This document shows positions 26,401 through 37,850 of a stretch of DNA of 64,000 nucleotides, one piece after another. The translations under genes and the position numbers were made by a program. Below the pieces are notes generated by a model. It saw only the letters and a program-made list of their open reading frames with translations, was not told the origin of the DNA and ran no database searches. The stretch lies in contig NC_043000.1 of assembly GCF_006345805.1 (NCBI RefSeq), positions 68,882,001 to 68,946,000 on the forward strand, given 5' to 3'. How positions within the stretch are numbered: the stretch's first letter is position 1; every line of letters starts with the position of its first letter. The DNA comes from Octopus sinensis. Lineage: Eukaryota.

Positions 26401-27077
26401 CCCGTTTCTCGACACCGGTAGCAAATGACCTCAGGCTTGAGTGACTCGCAGTCTCGCACCATGTGCGGACCCTGGCACCGGAAACACTGTCCTTTGAATG
26501 GTCGCACACGTTCTTTCTTCGACCCCTCTCCGCTGCTCCTAGCTCGACCACTTTTCGTTGTTGCAGTCGCTGCTACTGACGTCGTTCTACTGCACGAAAC
26601 TAGAACGCGTGCCCGAGATACGATGTCTGCCATCGCCATCGAATGAATGTTCGGAAGCTGCTGCAACTCGACCGACATGTTGTCAGGAAAGCCAGTCACA
26701 AACGCCAACTTAACCGTCCGGTCCAGCGACTCTCCCTCATAACCCGCCAGTTTAGCCAATCTCCTGAGTTCATTGGCAAATACGTCAACCTGTTCCCCAG
26801 TCCATCTTGTTTTCCCCAGGCGAGCGTATGCCTCAAACATTCCCTCCGCAAAGGCCTCCATCAACCGGATTTCTACTTTCTCCGCGCTAAGTTGGTCCTT
26901 CTCTTCCATCTCTAGATACAACGCCAATGCCGGACCATCCAAGTACAGCGGTATAAAACTCGCTAGGTCGCTTATACCGTGGAGCTTCGCGACCAACTTC
27001 ACCTTCTTCAACCAAGCGACTACATATGTGTCACCGCAAAATGGTTTGATCATCTCGTTGGAAATACGGGCACTCAT
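26322..27077 (-). CDS. gag: Gag of the LTR retrotransposon (251 aa, two Cys knuckles)
   Basis: Open from ATG; contains CFRCQGPHMVRDC and CYRCRETGHIASEC zinc knuckles. Confidence 0.9.
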   Translation of the reverse strand: MSARISNEMIKPFCGDTYVVAWLKKVKLVAKLHGISDLASFIPLYLDGPALALYLEMEEKDQLSAEKVEIRLMEAFAEGMFEAYARLGKTRWTGEQVDVFANELRRLAKLAGYEGESLDRTVKLAFVTGFPDNMSVELQQLPNIHSMAMADIVSRARVLVSCSRTTSVAATATTKSGRARSSGEGSKKERVRPFKGQCFRCQGPHMVRDCESLKPEVICYRCRETGHIASECLRGNGLRETTASVVVPLDQ

Positions 27078-27439
27078 CGTTGGGTTTTTTTTTATGAGCC
27101 GAACAGCGGTCTCTCACGAATTCAACACGTCCTGTAGCTTTGCCGTCTATGCTGGAACTGCCCCGCTTCCTCGCTGACCACACGTGTTTCCTCCTTGACC
27201 ACATCCGCTTCCTGCCACGCATGCACCCTTCAGTCTTCCGCCGGCCCCTGCAAGCCCTACTTCCGCCCACCTCATCTGTCATCCTCCCCACCAACACCAC
27301 ATAGCTCATCACGTCCCATAACACCGACCGCCAACACCACACTGGTAATCGTTTTTATTAACTCTCCCTTCCGGAAAGAACCAAATGCTAAATTTACTTT
27401 CACCAAGACACACCCTACTTACCACTGTAGAAGGACCCC

Positions 27440-27960
27440 ATCCCTTTTCAGGTACTTAATTTATCGACCCCGAAAGGATGAAAGGCAAAGTCGACCGCGG
27501 CGGAATTTGAAATCAGAACGTAAAGACGGACGAAATACCTATTTCTTTACTACCCACAAGGAGCTAAATACAGAGAGGACAAACAAGGACAGACAAACGG
27601 ATTAAGTCGATTATATCGACCCCAGTGCGTAACTGGTACTTATTTAATCGACCCCGAAAGGATGAAAGGCAAAGTTAACCTCGGCGGAATTTGAACTCAG
27701 AACGTAGCGGCAGACGAAATACCGCTAACCATTTCGCCCAGCATCCTAACGTCCCTAATATTAAAGAGTAACAAGGTGCTTAGCAACATTCCATCCATCT
27801 TTACGCCTTGATGCTCGAATTCCGCCGAGGTTGATTTTCGGGGTCGATATAATAAGCACCAGTTGAGAACTGGGGTCGATGTAATCGACCGACTTATCAC
27901 CTTCCCCGAAATTACTGGCCTTGTGCCAAAATTTGAAATCAATATTAAAGAGTAACATTT
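27440..27960 (-). mobile_element. SINE cluster (same family as 22222-22960)
   Basis: Repeated ATCGACCCCGAAAGGATGAAAGGCAAAGT and GAATTTGAACTCAGAACGT motifs. Confidence 0.75.
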
Positions 27961-28241
27961 CACCATGATCCATACTATTTACGTGAGTGCCCATTGTCAA
28001 AGTTTAATTCGTAACAATAACCTTCATTCTCAGTTACAGTCAATTGTTTTTTAATTTCTCTCTATATCTCTGTCTCTTTGTCTGTCTCTCCCTTTCTCTC
28101 TCTCTCCCTGTCTCTTTCTCTCGCTCCCCCTCTCTCTCTTTTTCTCTCGCTACCCCCTCTCTCTCTGTAATTGTATCATTATGCTAAAACCATGCAAGGG
28201 TACTGACTTCAATGGATCGTCTGGAATTTCAGTATTCTATC

Positions 28242-28284
<43 letters not shown>

Positions 28285-28869
28285 GTCTATCTTTCTTCTA
28301 CCCCTTATTATTTTTCGTTCCTTCTCCCTTCTCCTCGCGCCCTTCGTTTCTTTCCCCCATCCTCTCTCTTGTCTCCCTTCTCCTCTGCCTGTTTGTTCCC
28401 ACGTGACTACAGGACAATTTTTCTCACCTCTGTCTTTTCTGGACACGACGCGTACTTAACTGGACGTCATTTCTTCTCGCCTCGCAACATTTTTTTCCTC
28501 TTCTACTATTTTCTTCTCTTACAGTTATATATCTTTTCATAATTTCTCCCAGGCGCTACCCATTACAATGCGTCTTGGCCTAACGGCCCTTAATGTTTGT
28601 CTTCGTCGATTGTTTACTCTGCACGTCCACCTGCTGTTGTTTGTTCGTTCGAACCTCTAACTCACAAGAAATTTTATATTTTTAAAATTTCTGGATGCTG
28701 CTGTTTAATGAAGTTTTCCTATATTGTCGTTGAAAGCTCGAAATAGGGAGTAATTGACAGTCAACAACTGAGGAGGGGTTAGGCTTCTTGTGATATTTTG
28801 TCTCGTACGTGTCTCTCATTATGTGTTTACGTATTTTTCACTCGTTGGTGATGTCTTGTACTTGATGTA

Positions 28870-28943
<74 letters not shown>

Positions 28944-29959
28944 GCACGTACACATACATACATACAACACACGCATACATACACCCATACACATACATGC
29001 ATCCGACACACCACATACATCCACTCACACATACATACACACCACACACTCACTCACACACCTGTATGTACGCGCACACACATGCACATACACACACTTC
29101 CCCACACCCACACGTACATACATACACACTCACACACATACACACACACACACACGACATACATCTATGCACACACATACATACACACATACTCACATAC
29201 ATCATCGGACACACTGCCACCCAGACATACACACAGACACACTCACACACCACCACACATACATACTTACGCGCACACTCGCAGGCACGCGCACATACGC
29301 ACTTGCGCCGGCTCGCGCTGCATACGCGCCGCATACACCTCGCCCTTGGACCTGACGAGACCTCCGCCCGTTCCTGGGACCGTCGCGTGTCGTTGGGTTT
29401 TCCCACGCCTGTCTCCGCGGTACCACTCTTCCATCTTCCCCTCAGCTGGAGTCCTTTTTCCTTAACCCCCCCCCTTTTTCGTTACACACACGCGCACACA
29501 TATACACACCTTGCCTATATATATACATCACTCTTACACACATTCAATCTACTCGCCATTAATACCACCACGACACTGGACACACACACACACTACTACT
29601 CAACACACGCTGGCACGCTACATACGCCCCCACCCCTTCCCCTCCCTCCCTTCCTCCTTCCTTCTTTTTCTTACTACTGACCTCCCTTCCTCCTTCCTTC
29701 TTTTTCTTACTACTGACCTCGTCTGCTAGCTGACCACTAGTCTCGCCCTACCTCACACGCCTACACACAGACGCACACACTAACACAACACATATTTTTT
29801 TGTTTTTTCATCTCGCCTCACACACACACATACACACACGCACACGCACACACTCACACATCACACACATCTGTTGGGTTACCAACCTTGTCTCCACTCT
29901 TTAGCCTTTAAAAACCCACTTTGCTCTTGTTATCGTCAACATCCGCCTTTCACCATGTG

Positions 29960-30165
29960 CAACTCGTAAACACCAGTCGTCTTTTTTCTCTTTCCCTGTT
30001 GCCCGCTCTGGATCTTCTTTCCTCTCTCTTCCTTCTTTATGTTCCGACGAAGAGCTCCGCTCGAAACGTCATACCTCCCTGCTTCCATCTCCTGAGCGCC
30101 TTTAATAATAATACTGTAATTGTTCCTGTTGTTGTTGTTTTTTTTGTTTCCCTTTTGGATTAAAA

Positions 30166-30168
<3 letters not shown>
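29960..30168 (+). mobile_element. Penelope-type pLTR with hammerhead-like motif, ending in (TA)n
   Basis: 30044-30070 reads CCGACGA-A-GAGC(UCC)GCUC-GAAAC-GUC. The downstream CTGAGCG...TAATACT...TTTGGATTAA-(TA)n parallels 45592-45830. Confidence 0.6.
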
Positions 30169-30210
<42 letters not shown>

Positions 30211-30639
30211 ATATAAAATATATATATATATATCGATTGAATAGATTACCTTTTTTGACAAAGCACAAATCTTACAAGCTAAACACACCAAAAACTAGGG
30301 AAAAGAACGCGCACGCGCACACACACACACACACACATATGTTGTTTTAATTGCGTCAAACTACTCAAGTTCCATGTTGGGTGAAAGATATTTAGCTTAA
30401 CTTAGATAAAGCCTAGTTTGACTTAGATAAACCATCCTATTCTGGTTTGTCCTCAAAATGGCGACCGGTTGTACGAAATTTATGTTTATTTTAGAATGCT
30501 CGTTTCGCCAAGAAAAGGCAGTAACTTAGTACTTTAAAACGTTTTTTTTTTTAATTTTAATATAAGACTCAACACCTCTCATCTTTATTCATTAATTTCC
30601 ATTGTTTTCTATGATCTTAGTCCACTTAACAGGCAATTT

Positions 30640-31600
30640 AAATATTCCATCGGCATAAACCACAGTTGTTTTTTAGGAAAAAAAGTCATCTAAGTGGGAT
30701 TTGACACCATCTAAATCATTAAATGATTTTCCTTTTCAAAAGTTTTGCAGAGACAAAAACAAATAATAGTCAGATGGCGCAATGTCAGGGGAGTATGGTG
30801 GATGAGGCAAGAGATCCCACCCAAGTTCATACAACTTTGTGCGGGTAGTCAAAGACACATGCAGTCGGGCATTGTCCTCGTGGAACACAACTTCTTTCCT
30901 GTTGGAGAGTGCTGGCCCCAGTTCCTTGATCTTTTGATTCAAATTTGCTAGCTGACGGCAGTACACACCAGAATTGATGATCTTATTTTGTGGGAATAGC
31001 TCATAATAAATATAGATACAAAGCATGACTTTTTTTAAATTCTGATTTAGAAGGTGTTTTCGAGGATCCTTACTCCAGGATCTTTTTCGTATTATTATCG
31101 TAAACAATTCATTTTTCATCTCCAATTACCAATTGTTTCAGGAAAGGCTTATTTTCATTGTTTCAGAAGCATATCACAAATAGGATACCAGTCCATGCAG
31201 TTTTGTTCAGACAGTTTGTGAGGCGCCCAAGCATTATTGCGAGAAACATATCAAATTTACACTAAGTGTTCATGAATGGTACTTTTGGAAACTTCCAACT
31301 TTTCCGCAAGTTCCCAAGTCGTAATATTCGAGTTTTCTTCAATGGTTAGCTTCAAAATATCGTCATCTAAGGTTGAAGGTCTTCCACAGCGATTGTCATC
31401 TTCCAAGCTGAATTCACCACATCTAAATTTTGCAAACCATCTTTGAACAGTTGATTCACCAATAGCATCTTCACCATAAACTCCACAAATGATATTACAC
31501 ATTTTCGCAGCATTCTCACCATATTTTGAAGAAGAAAAGCATTACGTGGAGAATATGCAACTTTCGGTTATCCATTTCAAAATGGTAATTAGGGCTGAAA
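30640..31600 (-). mobile_element. mariner (DD34D) transposase relic
   Basis: ICGVYGEDAIGESTVQRWFAKFRCGEFSLEDDNRCGRP; VVFHEDNARLHVS; LLPHPPYSPDIAPSDYYLFLSLQN. Confidence 0.9.
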
Positions 31601-31956
31601 GGAGTAAAATATATGCTGCCTTTTAACGTGGAACTTAGCTGACAGGCTTCAATACTGCAAGCAATTCTGAAATGTGAGTCATACAAAGATAAGGATTGTT
31701 GCATGAAGGACTTAAAGACACAAGTCCTGAAATAGCTCAGAACTTACCGGACAACCAGATAGTAAACTTTTTTTCAACTGCATTAGTGTTTTTAGAAACT
31801 CTACAAATAGATCCGCCTTTACAGATAAAACTAATAACATAGATGAAGTAAAACAGGTTAAATGTGATAAATTGTTACACGATACTAAAAAGTACTGAAA
31901 AGAGGAACTGTAAGACTTACAAGGACGTCATTGAAGCAAGATTTGATAACAGGATA

Positions 31957-32119
31957 CACTAGCGTAGCTAGGGAGGGGGTACGGTAGGAGCGGCCAGCCC
32001 CGGGTGGCACTTTTAAGGAGGCATTTCTTTTGGGTCTGCTGTAGGCAATATGTGTTTTTTGTGAGGTCCGGGAGCGGAAAGGGCCGTCCCTGGCGGCACA
32101 CACTCTAGCTACGCTAGTG
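31957..32119. mobile_element. hAT-type MITE, 163 bp
   Basis: Perfect 15-bp TIR CACTAGCGTAGCTAG / CTAGCTACGCTAGTG with an 8-bp TSD ACAGGATA (31949-31956 and 32120-32127). Confidence 0.9.
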
Positions 32120-32159
32120 ACAGGATAGTGTTTAACTAAAAAAAGAAGCGTTCATGATT

Positions 32160-33415
32160 TTAAAAGATCATTTGCCTCACATCGTGAATAAGCTCACCTG
32201 TAGACTAAGAAACCCTGTCAAGGCAGACAAAAATACTGAATGACATAAACAGCAAAATTAGAAAGGCAATCAAATTCCAGCTGTAGCAAATAGTAGCACG
32301 GTCGTCAAGTGTTTCAAGAATAAGCCTGGAATTAGGGTTCACACAAACTCGATATCATGACTGTCTACTCTTCAATATGGAGAAGTAGAATCCACGATAT
32401 TGAGATCAAAGCAAATATTCGCATTGATGATTCAGTTATCGAGATGATCATGCATGCCCGATCATCTTAAAAAAATAGTCCGTTTGAGTAAAAGAAAAAA
32501 AGATAAATCTAAGCCAGAGGGTTTATTTGATGTCACAGTGTGTTAAGAGTGCTTACATATGCGAGCTAGTAAGTTTGTGTAAACAGGATATACGAAAACC
32601 AAATTTCCCACCTACAACATTGGTTTATATTGAGATGGATTAAGAATGTCACACGACTGTGATGGCCACGCACTAAATATCTTTAGGGAAAATGTCACAG
32701 CCGTGTTTAATGATGCAGAGATAAAAATCACAGTAAACCAACTTCCTAAACACTTCTGTAGATTCATTTGCCTAAAACCCCTCCAATAAGCCGTATAAGA
32801 TGCTTAGCTGTATAAATAAGCTACCTTGCCAGTTAGTATTGGTTTTAAAATTTTCATTACTGTCTTTAGTACGATAATTTCAAACCTCTGCTCTTCTAAA
32901 GAAATATTCAATAAGGCGACAGCAAACAATAACAGACAGAGGATTCAAAGATAAAATCTCATATATTCCAGCCGACACACATTCATGACTTATGAATAAG
33001 CCTTGGAAAATAGCAGCTGCGTCCCATCATTCTCCTTAAATATCAAAACTAAAGTAGAAAGTTCCAGGTCTTACTAGATAAGCATTTCCTTGAAAGACAT
33101 AGATATAGAAATATCATTGATAGGTGTTATATAGAGACCAGCGTTAGCTGTTGGCCTAGTACGAAGAAAATTATCTCAAACAGACATACCAAACGGATTA
33201 TTTTCAGGTATTACATCAGAAATACGGACTGCAAGATCAGGTATGCAGTATCAAGTCAGGAGTATACGAAGCCTAAACACACCAAATGAAATGGTCGAAC
33301 ATGGAAAAGTTCATTGGTATGTGCAAGCACGACGTGAAGAAAATTTTTATTATCTCGAAACAAAAGAAATACCTCGAAGTTAGCAAACTATATCAGGAAA
33401 CTGAAGAACTACATC
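32160..33415 (+). mobile_element. Penelope-like element relic of a second lineage (GLYRDDGL-type RT, C-terminal GIY-YIG)
   Basis: Broken frames: LKDH...CRLRNP.K; MIMHARSS; LFDVTV; GLY*DGL; KFQVLLDKHFL...II.R..I..SVSC; NTSKLANYIRKLK. Confidence 0.65.
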
Positions 33416-33417
33416 TC

Positions 33418-33960
33418 TTAGAGTATTAAACGTTCATCAAGATTTTGAATACCTCGTTGGTAGAAATCACCCGATTTCGACTCGAAAAAGTAATCCAACC
33501 AAGCTCTCAATTGCGCATCAGTATTGAACGAAACTCCGCGCATAACATTTGAAAGGGATCGAAAGAGATTGAAATCCGTTGTTGCCAAATCAGGAGAGTA
33601 CGGCGTGTGTGGCAGCACTTCCCAGCTATGCGTTTGAATGGCTTCCTTTGGTCATATTGACGATATGAGGGCGGGCGTTGCCGTGCAGCAGAAGAACTCC
33701 ACGCTGCCGATTAGGTCTTTTCTCTTGAATAGCTGTGTTGAGTTGTTTCATCTGTTGAACATAGAGTTCTGTGTTGACCGTTTAGTTCTGTTCAAGCAAT
33801 TCGTAATGGATTATCCCTTCCCATTCCCACCATACGCACAACATCGTTTTACGCGGATGAAGATCTTGTTTCACGCGCGGTGTCGCATGTTTACCGGGGC
33901 TAAGCCATTCCTTACGATGTTTCATATTGATGTACAGGCACCATTTTTGGTGGACCAATA
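33418..33960 (-). mobile_element. mariner transposase C-terminal half
   Basis: KTMLCVWWEWEGIIHYELL; LLLHGNARPH; LPHTPYSPDLATTDFNLFRSL...FYQRGIQNL. Confidence 0.9.
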
Positions 33961-33964
33961 GCAG

Positions 33965-34640
33965 GATTACAACCTCCCACTTTGAGAGTATGCTGTTGCA
34001 ATCCAGGAACAGACAATATCAACCAAGTACCTGATGCACAAAAGGAATAGAGATGCAGGAAAAGCAGTAAAATATGACAACCCATGCATACTTTCTGGAT
34101 TTCACACTGAAGATATCGCCCACATCATAAGCAGTTGTCCGAAAATGTCATCACGGTATCATCTACCGATGAGACATGACGTTGTAGCTACGACACTCTA
34201 TAATGAAATCCGTCGGAAGGATAACCCCGAGGACAAAGAAATAAGAACCCACAACATGGTAGAAGCCATATCCACTCAAAACAAAAAGGAATACTGGTGG
34301 GATGTCCCAGTGAAAACCTCAATAAAATGTAAGCACAATATACCTGATATAATGATTTGGGATAGAGAAGAGAAATTGTGCACAGTTGTGAAAATTAGCT
34401 ACCCAGCAGATGTTAACATATAGCTGAAGATCAGTGAAAAAGAGAACTATTGAGAAATCCGCAGTTACTCTATCCAGATTACAAGTACATGTTTATACAT
34501 GTAATTATTGGGACCCTGGGATATATAACACTGCCTAAATACCAATGTTGAGAAATTAGGCTTCTCAAAACCAGAAAGGAGAAAGCTAATTTGAAGACTA
34601 CAGATCCAATCCATCACTGGAACTGTAGAAATCTGTAAAA
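33965..34640 (+). mobile_element. RLE-type non-LTR retrotransposon 3' fragment (R4/Dong-like)
   Basis: Zn-knuckle remnant C...EDIAHIISSC, RHDVVA, and endonuclease CKHNIPDIMIWD...YPADVNI. Confidence 0.75.
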
Positions 34641-34689
34641 GTTTCCATTTAAATATATATGAGCATGTCTAGATATGTAACTATATGCA

Positions 34690-36130
34690 TGAAAATACAA
34701 GACAGAATTGGAAGAATAGTGAAAGTTGGTTTAGAAAAAAGTACCCACCGCGTTTGAGAAGTAGGTATGTAACACCATCGAGACCAGGAGAGGCATATTT
34801 GCGTTTATTCTTAAGGTGTCGGTGTAGCATTGCTGGTGTAAACTTCATAGAAGATATAGAGTCCGGTATCAGAGGTGATGGAGATGGAACATTTTGATCT
34901 TCGACAGTAAAGATGCCTGCGTAGCATCCAGCAATGATTTCTGCACATTCTTTGGGATTGCCAGTAATCTGCCCTGTGTGGGGATTGTGAAGGGGACCAA
35001 CTGGAGAGTGAGGTCTCTGCTTTGAGTATACATATTTCCACAACACTTTGCTGTCAGGGTTGGTTGCTATGCGTTGTTCGAATTCAAACACTGCTTTTTT
35101 TGTCACCTGCTTGAGGTAGTTGGCTGATATATTACGCTTTTTCCTGTTGATCTCTGATTTGTGCAATTTGTATTCCTGTTCAGCATTACGGCGTTATTTC
35201 CTGGCAAGTCGGACTGCTGCAGTTTCCCAAATTGTACTACTGGGTGGTTTTTTGTGCTTGCGTGGTACTGATGCTGCACATGCCACCCATATTGAATTCA
35301 GAATGTTCTGAAGTATAGTGTTCACATCTCCAGAGGCATAAAATTCGAGCCAGTTTGGGCGTCGCAGCTCAGTACTATAAAAGCTCCAGTCTGCTTTATT
35401 CCAGTCAAAGCGGGCAGTTTGAAGATGGTTGTGGTTTTTGTTACAACCAATCAGAGACAAGTCGGCCATGATCATGGAATGATCAGAGTCACCTAAAGGT
35501 TCTTCAGTAGTGACACTAATAATTGTTTCAGGAGAAGCGGTAAGTAGCAGATCCAAAGTGTTGTTACCCCTAGTGGGGGAGGTAACGACTTGGGACCAAT
35601 TTGAATTCAGCACCAGTTCAAGGAAATCGTCTGCACTTTGCGGCCAACGGAAGGCCTCCCAGTCAATCTCAGGGAAATTGAAGTCCCCCGCAATATAAAC
35701 ATAAGTGGCTGTTTTCATGGCAGCAGCTCTGAGGATATCAAAAAATTGTGTCTTGACGATAATTTGGGGTGGGGGCGGTAAACAACTCCAAGCAGAAGTG
35801 TTGACATGGTCATGTGTATATTGCAGAAAAATACTTCCTGCTGAGATTGGTTCAAATCATCACAAGGAATTGCCGATAAATTTGATCGAACATAAACCAT
35901 CACAACCCCTCCACGGCGATTAATGCGGTCTTTGCGGAACAGGTTGTAGCCGGCTATGCTGAAAACCCCATCACAGAGTGCAGAATGTGCCATGTTTCCG
36001 TGACTGTGATGAAATCTGGGTCGATACTTTTGACGTAAGAGTCAAAAAGATGTACCTTGTTGCATAAACTACGGGCATTCAAGGACAACAGTTTGTATCT
36101 GGATTTCAGATGATGATGATATACAGGGGA
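34690..36130 (-). mobile_element. CR1-group LINE ORF2 5' part (APE endonuclease), frameshifted and truncated before the RT core
   Basis: LSLNARSLCNK, VTETW, GYNLFRKDR..RGG.V, GVVYRP, IAGDFNFPEIDW, PTRGNNTLDL, SDHSMI, ASPGLDGV. Confidence 0.85.
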
Positions 36131-36218
36131 TGGCTGATTGTTCTTGTTTAGTTTCCCAAGATTTTTGTAAAGCCAGTTGTTGTTGTGGGTACAGTTTGCA
36201 CCCACATACATACATACA

Positions 36219-36272
<54 letters not shown>

Positions 36273-36273
36273 C

Positions 36274-36321
<48 letters not shown>

Positions 36322-37649
36322 GGTAGGCTCATGCAAACATCAGGTGTGTGAACGAAAGTAAAGGGTGTCTTATTTGTATTAACATCTTGATTCAGAGTCA
36401 GGTTATTTAATTTCACAGAAGTGAGGAAAATACTCCTGATTACTCGAAGATTGAGGAATCCCAGCTACTGGATAAGACTTGATTATGAGTATGGTTCATT
36501 CTCATTGGTTGGTTTAGATCAAATGTAGGGGGACTGAGGCTATTTGGAAGGCAACTTTAACGCGATACGCAGAAGTAGTCTCCCTTGTTCTGATTAGCAA
36601 TTTCAGTACTATTCTCAGGTCGCGAATTCCCAGGGATTTGGCTAAAAATTAAATCGGGAATTTTCGGGTTTCTTTTCACCCGGAAATCTTCAGCTGTTTG
36701 ATTTAAAATTAGTTTTAACAATGTGTAACTTCGGCTTAATTAGCTTTAATGGTTGTACATATTGTTTGAAAATATTTTTAGTATAATTGACCAATTGCAA
36801 CCGTTTATCGTACTCATTGCTCGAAAAGGTAGCTCCTGAAAATACAGGTTTAGTAATCGAAAAGCTTTATTTTTGAAAAATGTAAATCGTGAAATGCTTC
36901 ATCATTGTATGATAGAGAAATTCAGTCAATACACCGGTTTGAAGAAGAAAAAAACTAAAAGAAAAAAGTTAAGAGAACAAGTGAATCCATTGTATGGAAA
37001 TAATTTGAACTTCTCGAAAGAAAAGACTGAAAAATGCAAAAATTGCAAGGCTGTCTTAAAGTGCTCAGGTGATTGAATTATCGGGGGCTTTTTACGCCAA
37101 TTTAAAGATGGTTCACAAAGAAATGTTCTCAGAAACTTGTACAATTCAGATATTTTTTTCTTTTTCAAAAGAAATTGACCAACAGAAAATTATCAACAGA
37201 AAATTATAGTGAAACTATAGAACAAACGGTATTCACATTAGCATTGATGGAGTCTATAGGATGCAATAGTTGATGTTTTTAATTAGGAAAGCTATTAGAG
37301 ATAAAAGTTTGGTTTTTCTAAAGAATGGTTCTCATTTAATGAAGATGGTTGAGCGTCAATATATTTTGGGAGAAAATGGAATTAGTAAAATAAGTAAATG
37401 AAAACAGAACTCTGAAAAATTCCCAATTTCTTTTAGATGGATATACATATCTAAATAATCGCAGATATTTAAATGTCTCAAGGGGTAAATTCTTGAATAT
37501 AGGAGATTCCTTGCTGAAAATAATTGAAATTTCAGAAAAAGAAAAAACATTCTGAACTCAACGTTGATTTGGGAAAATATATAGTTTTAGTCCTAACTGA
37601 TATCCCAATCGTTTTTGATAACTATAAACCTGTATTTCAATCTAACATG

Positions 37650-37850
37650 GGGAGAATTCGCGAAAAAAAAATCAAAAGACGAAGACAGGTGGTGTAGAAA
37701 ACAAACAGATGTATTAGTATAATGCTCGGGAATTGAAAAAGTCTTTAACGTTTCGAGCCTACGCTCTTCCACATAAAAGAACACAGAAAGAAACAAGGAG
37801 AGATACAAGGCGAAAAAAAATGGAGAGAAAAAAAGAAGAGAAACAAGGAG
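37650..37850 (-). mobile_element. solo Penelope pLTR (family of 13829-14050) with decayed hammerhead
   Basis: Homologous to 13840-13990. Motif 37743-37778 reads AUGUGGA-A-GAGC(GUAG)GCUC-GAAAC-GUU-AAAG (C3 is A). Confidence 0.75.

Larger units (their letters stand above)
23094..27341 (-). mobile_element. LTR retrotransposon (gag-PR-RT-RH-INT order), 4248 bp, 5-bp TSD CTGGT
   Basis: TG...CA ends; TSD at 23089-23093 and 27342-27346; 3' LTR 23094-23411; partial 5' LTR 27104-27341 (11 differences in about 238 bp). The uninterrupted target sequence is visible at 22088-22225. Confidence 0.95.

Noticed and set aside
27082-27100. GGGT(T)nTATGAGCC resembles a half-tRNA-iMet primer-binding site (GGTTATGAGCC type)
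   Set aside because: It lies on the strand opposite to gag-pol and is interrupted by a T run, so it cannot be the PBS as positioned.
23094-27341. Split-direct-repeat (PAT/Ngaro-like) interpretation of the unequal LTRs
   Set aside because: There is no second copy of the 80-bp segment and no tyrosine recombinase, and the element has a DDE integrase and a 5-bp TSD.
29349-29400. CTGACGAG motif suggesting a hammerhead
   Set aside because: No downstream GAAA or supporting stems.
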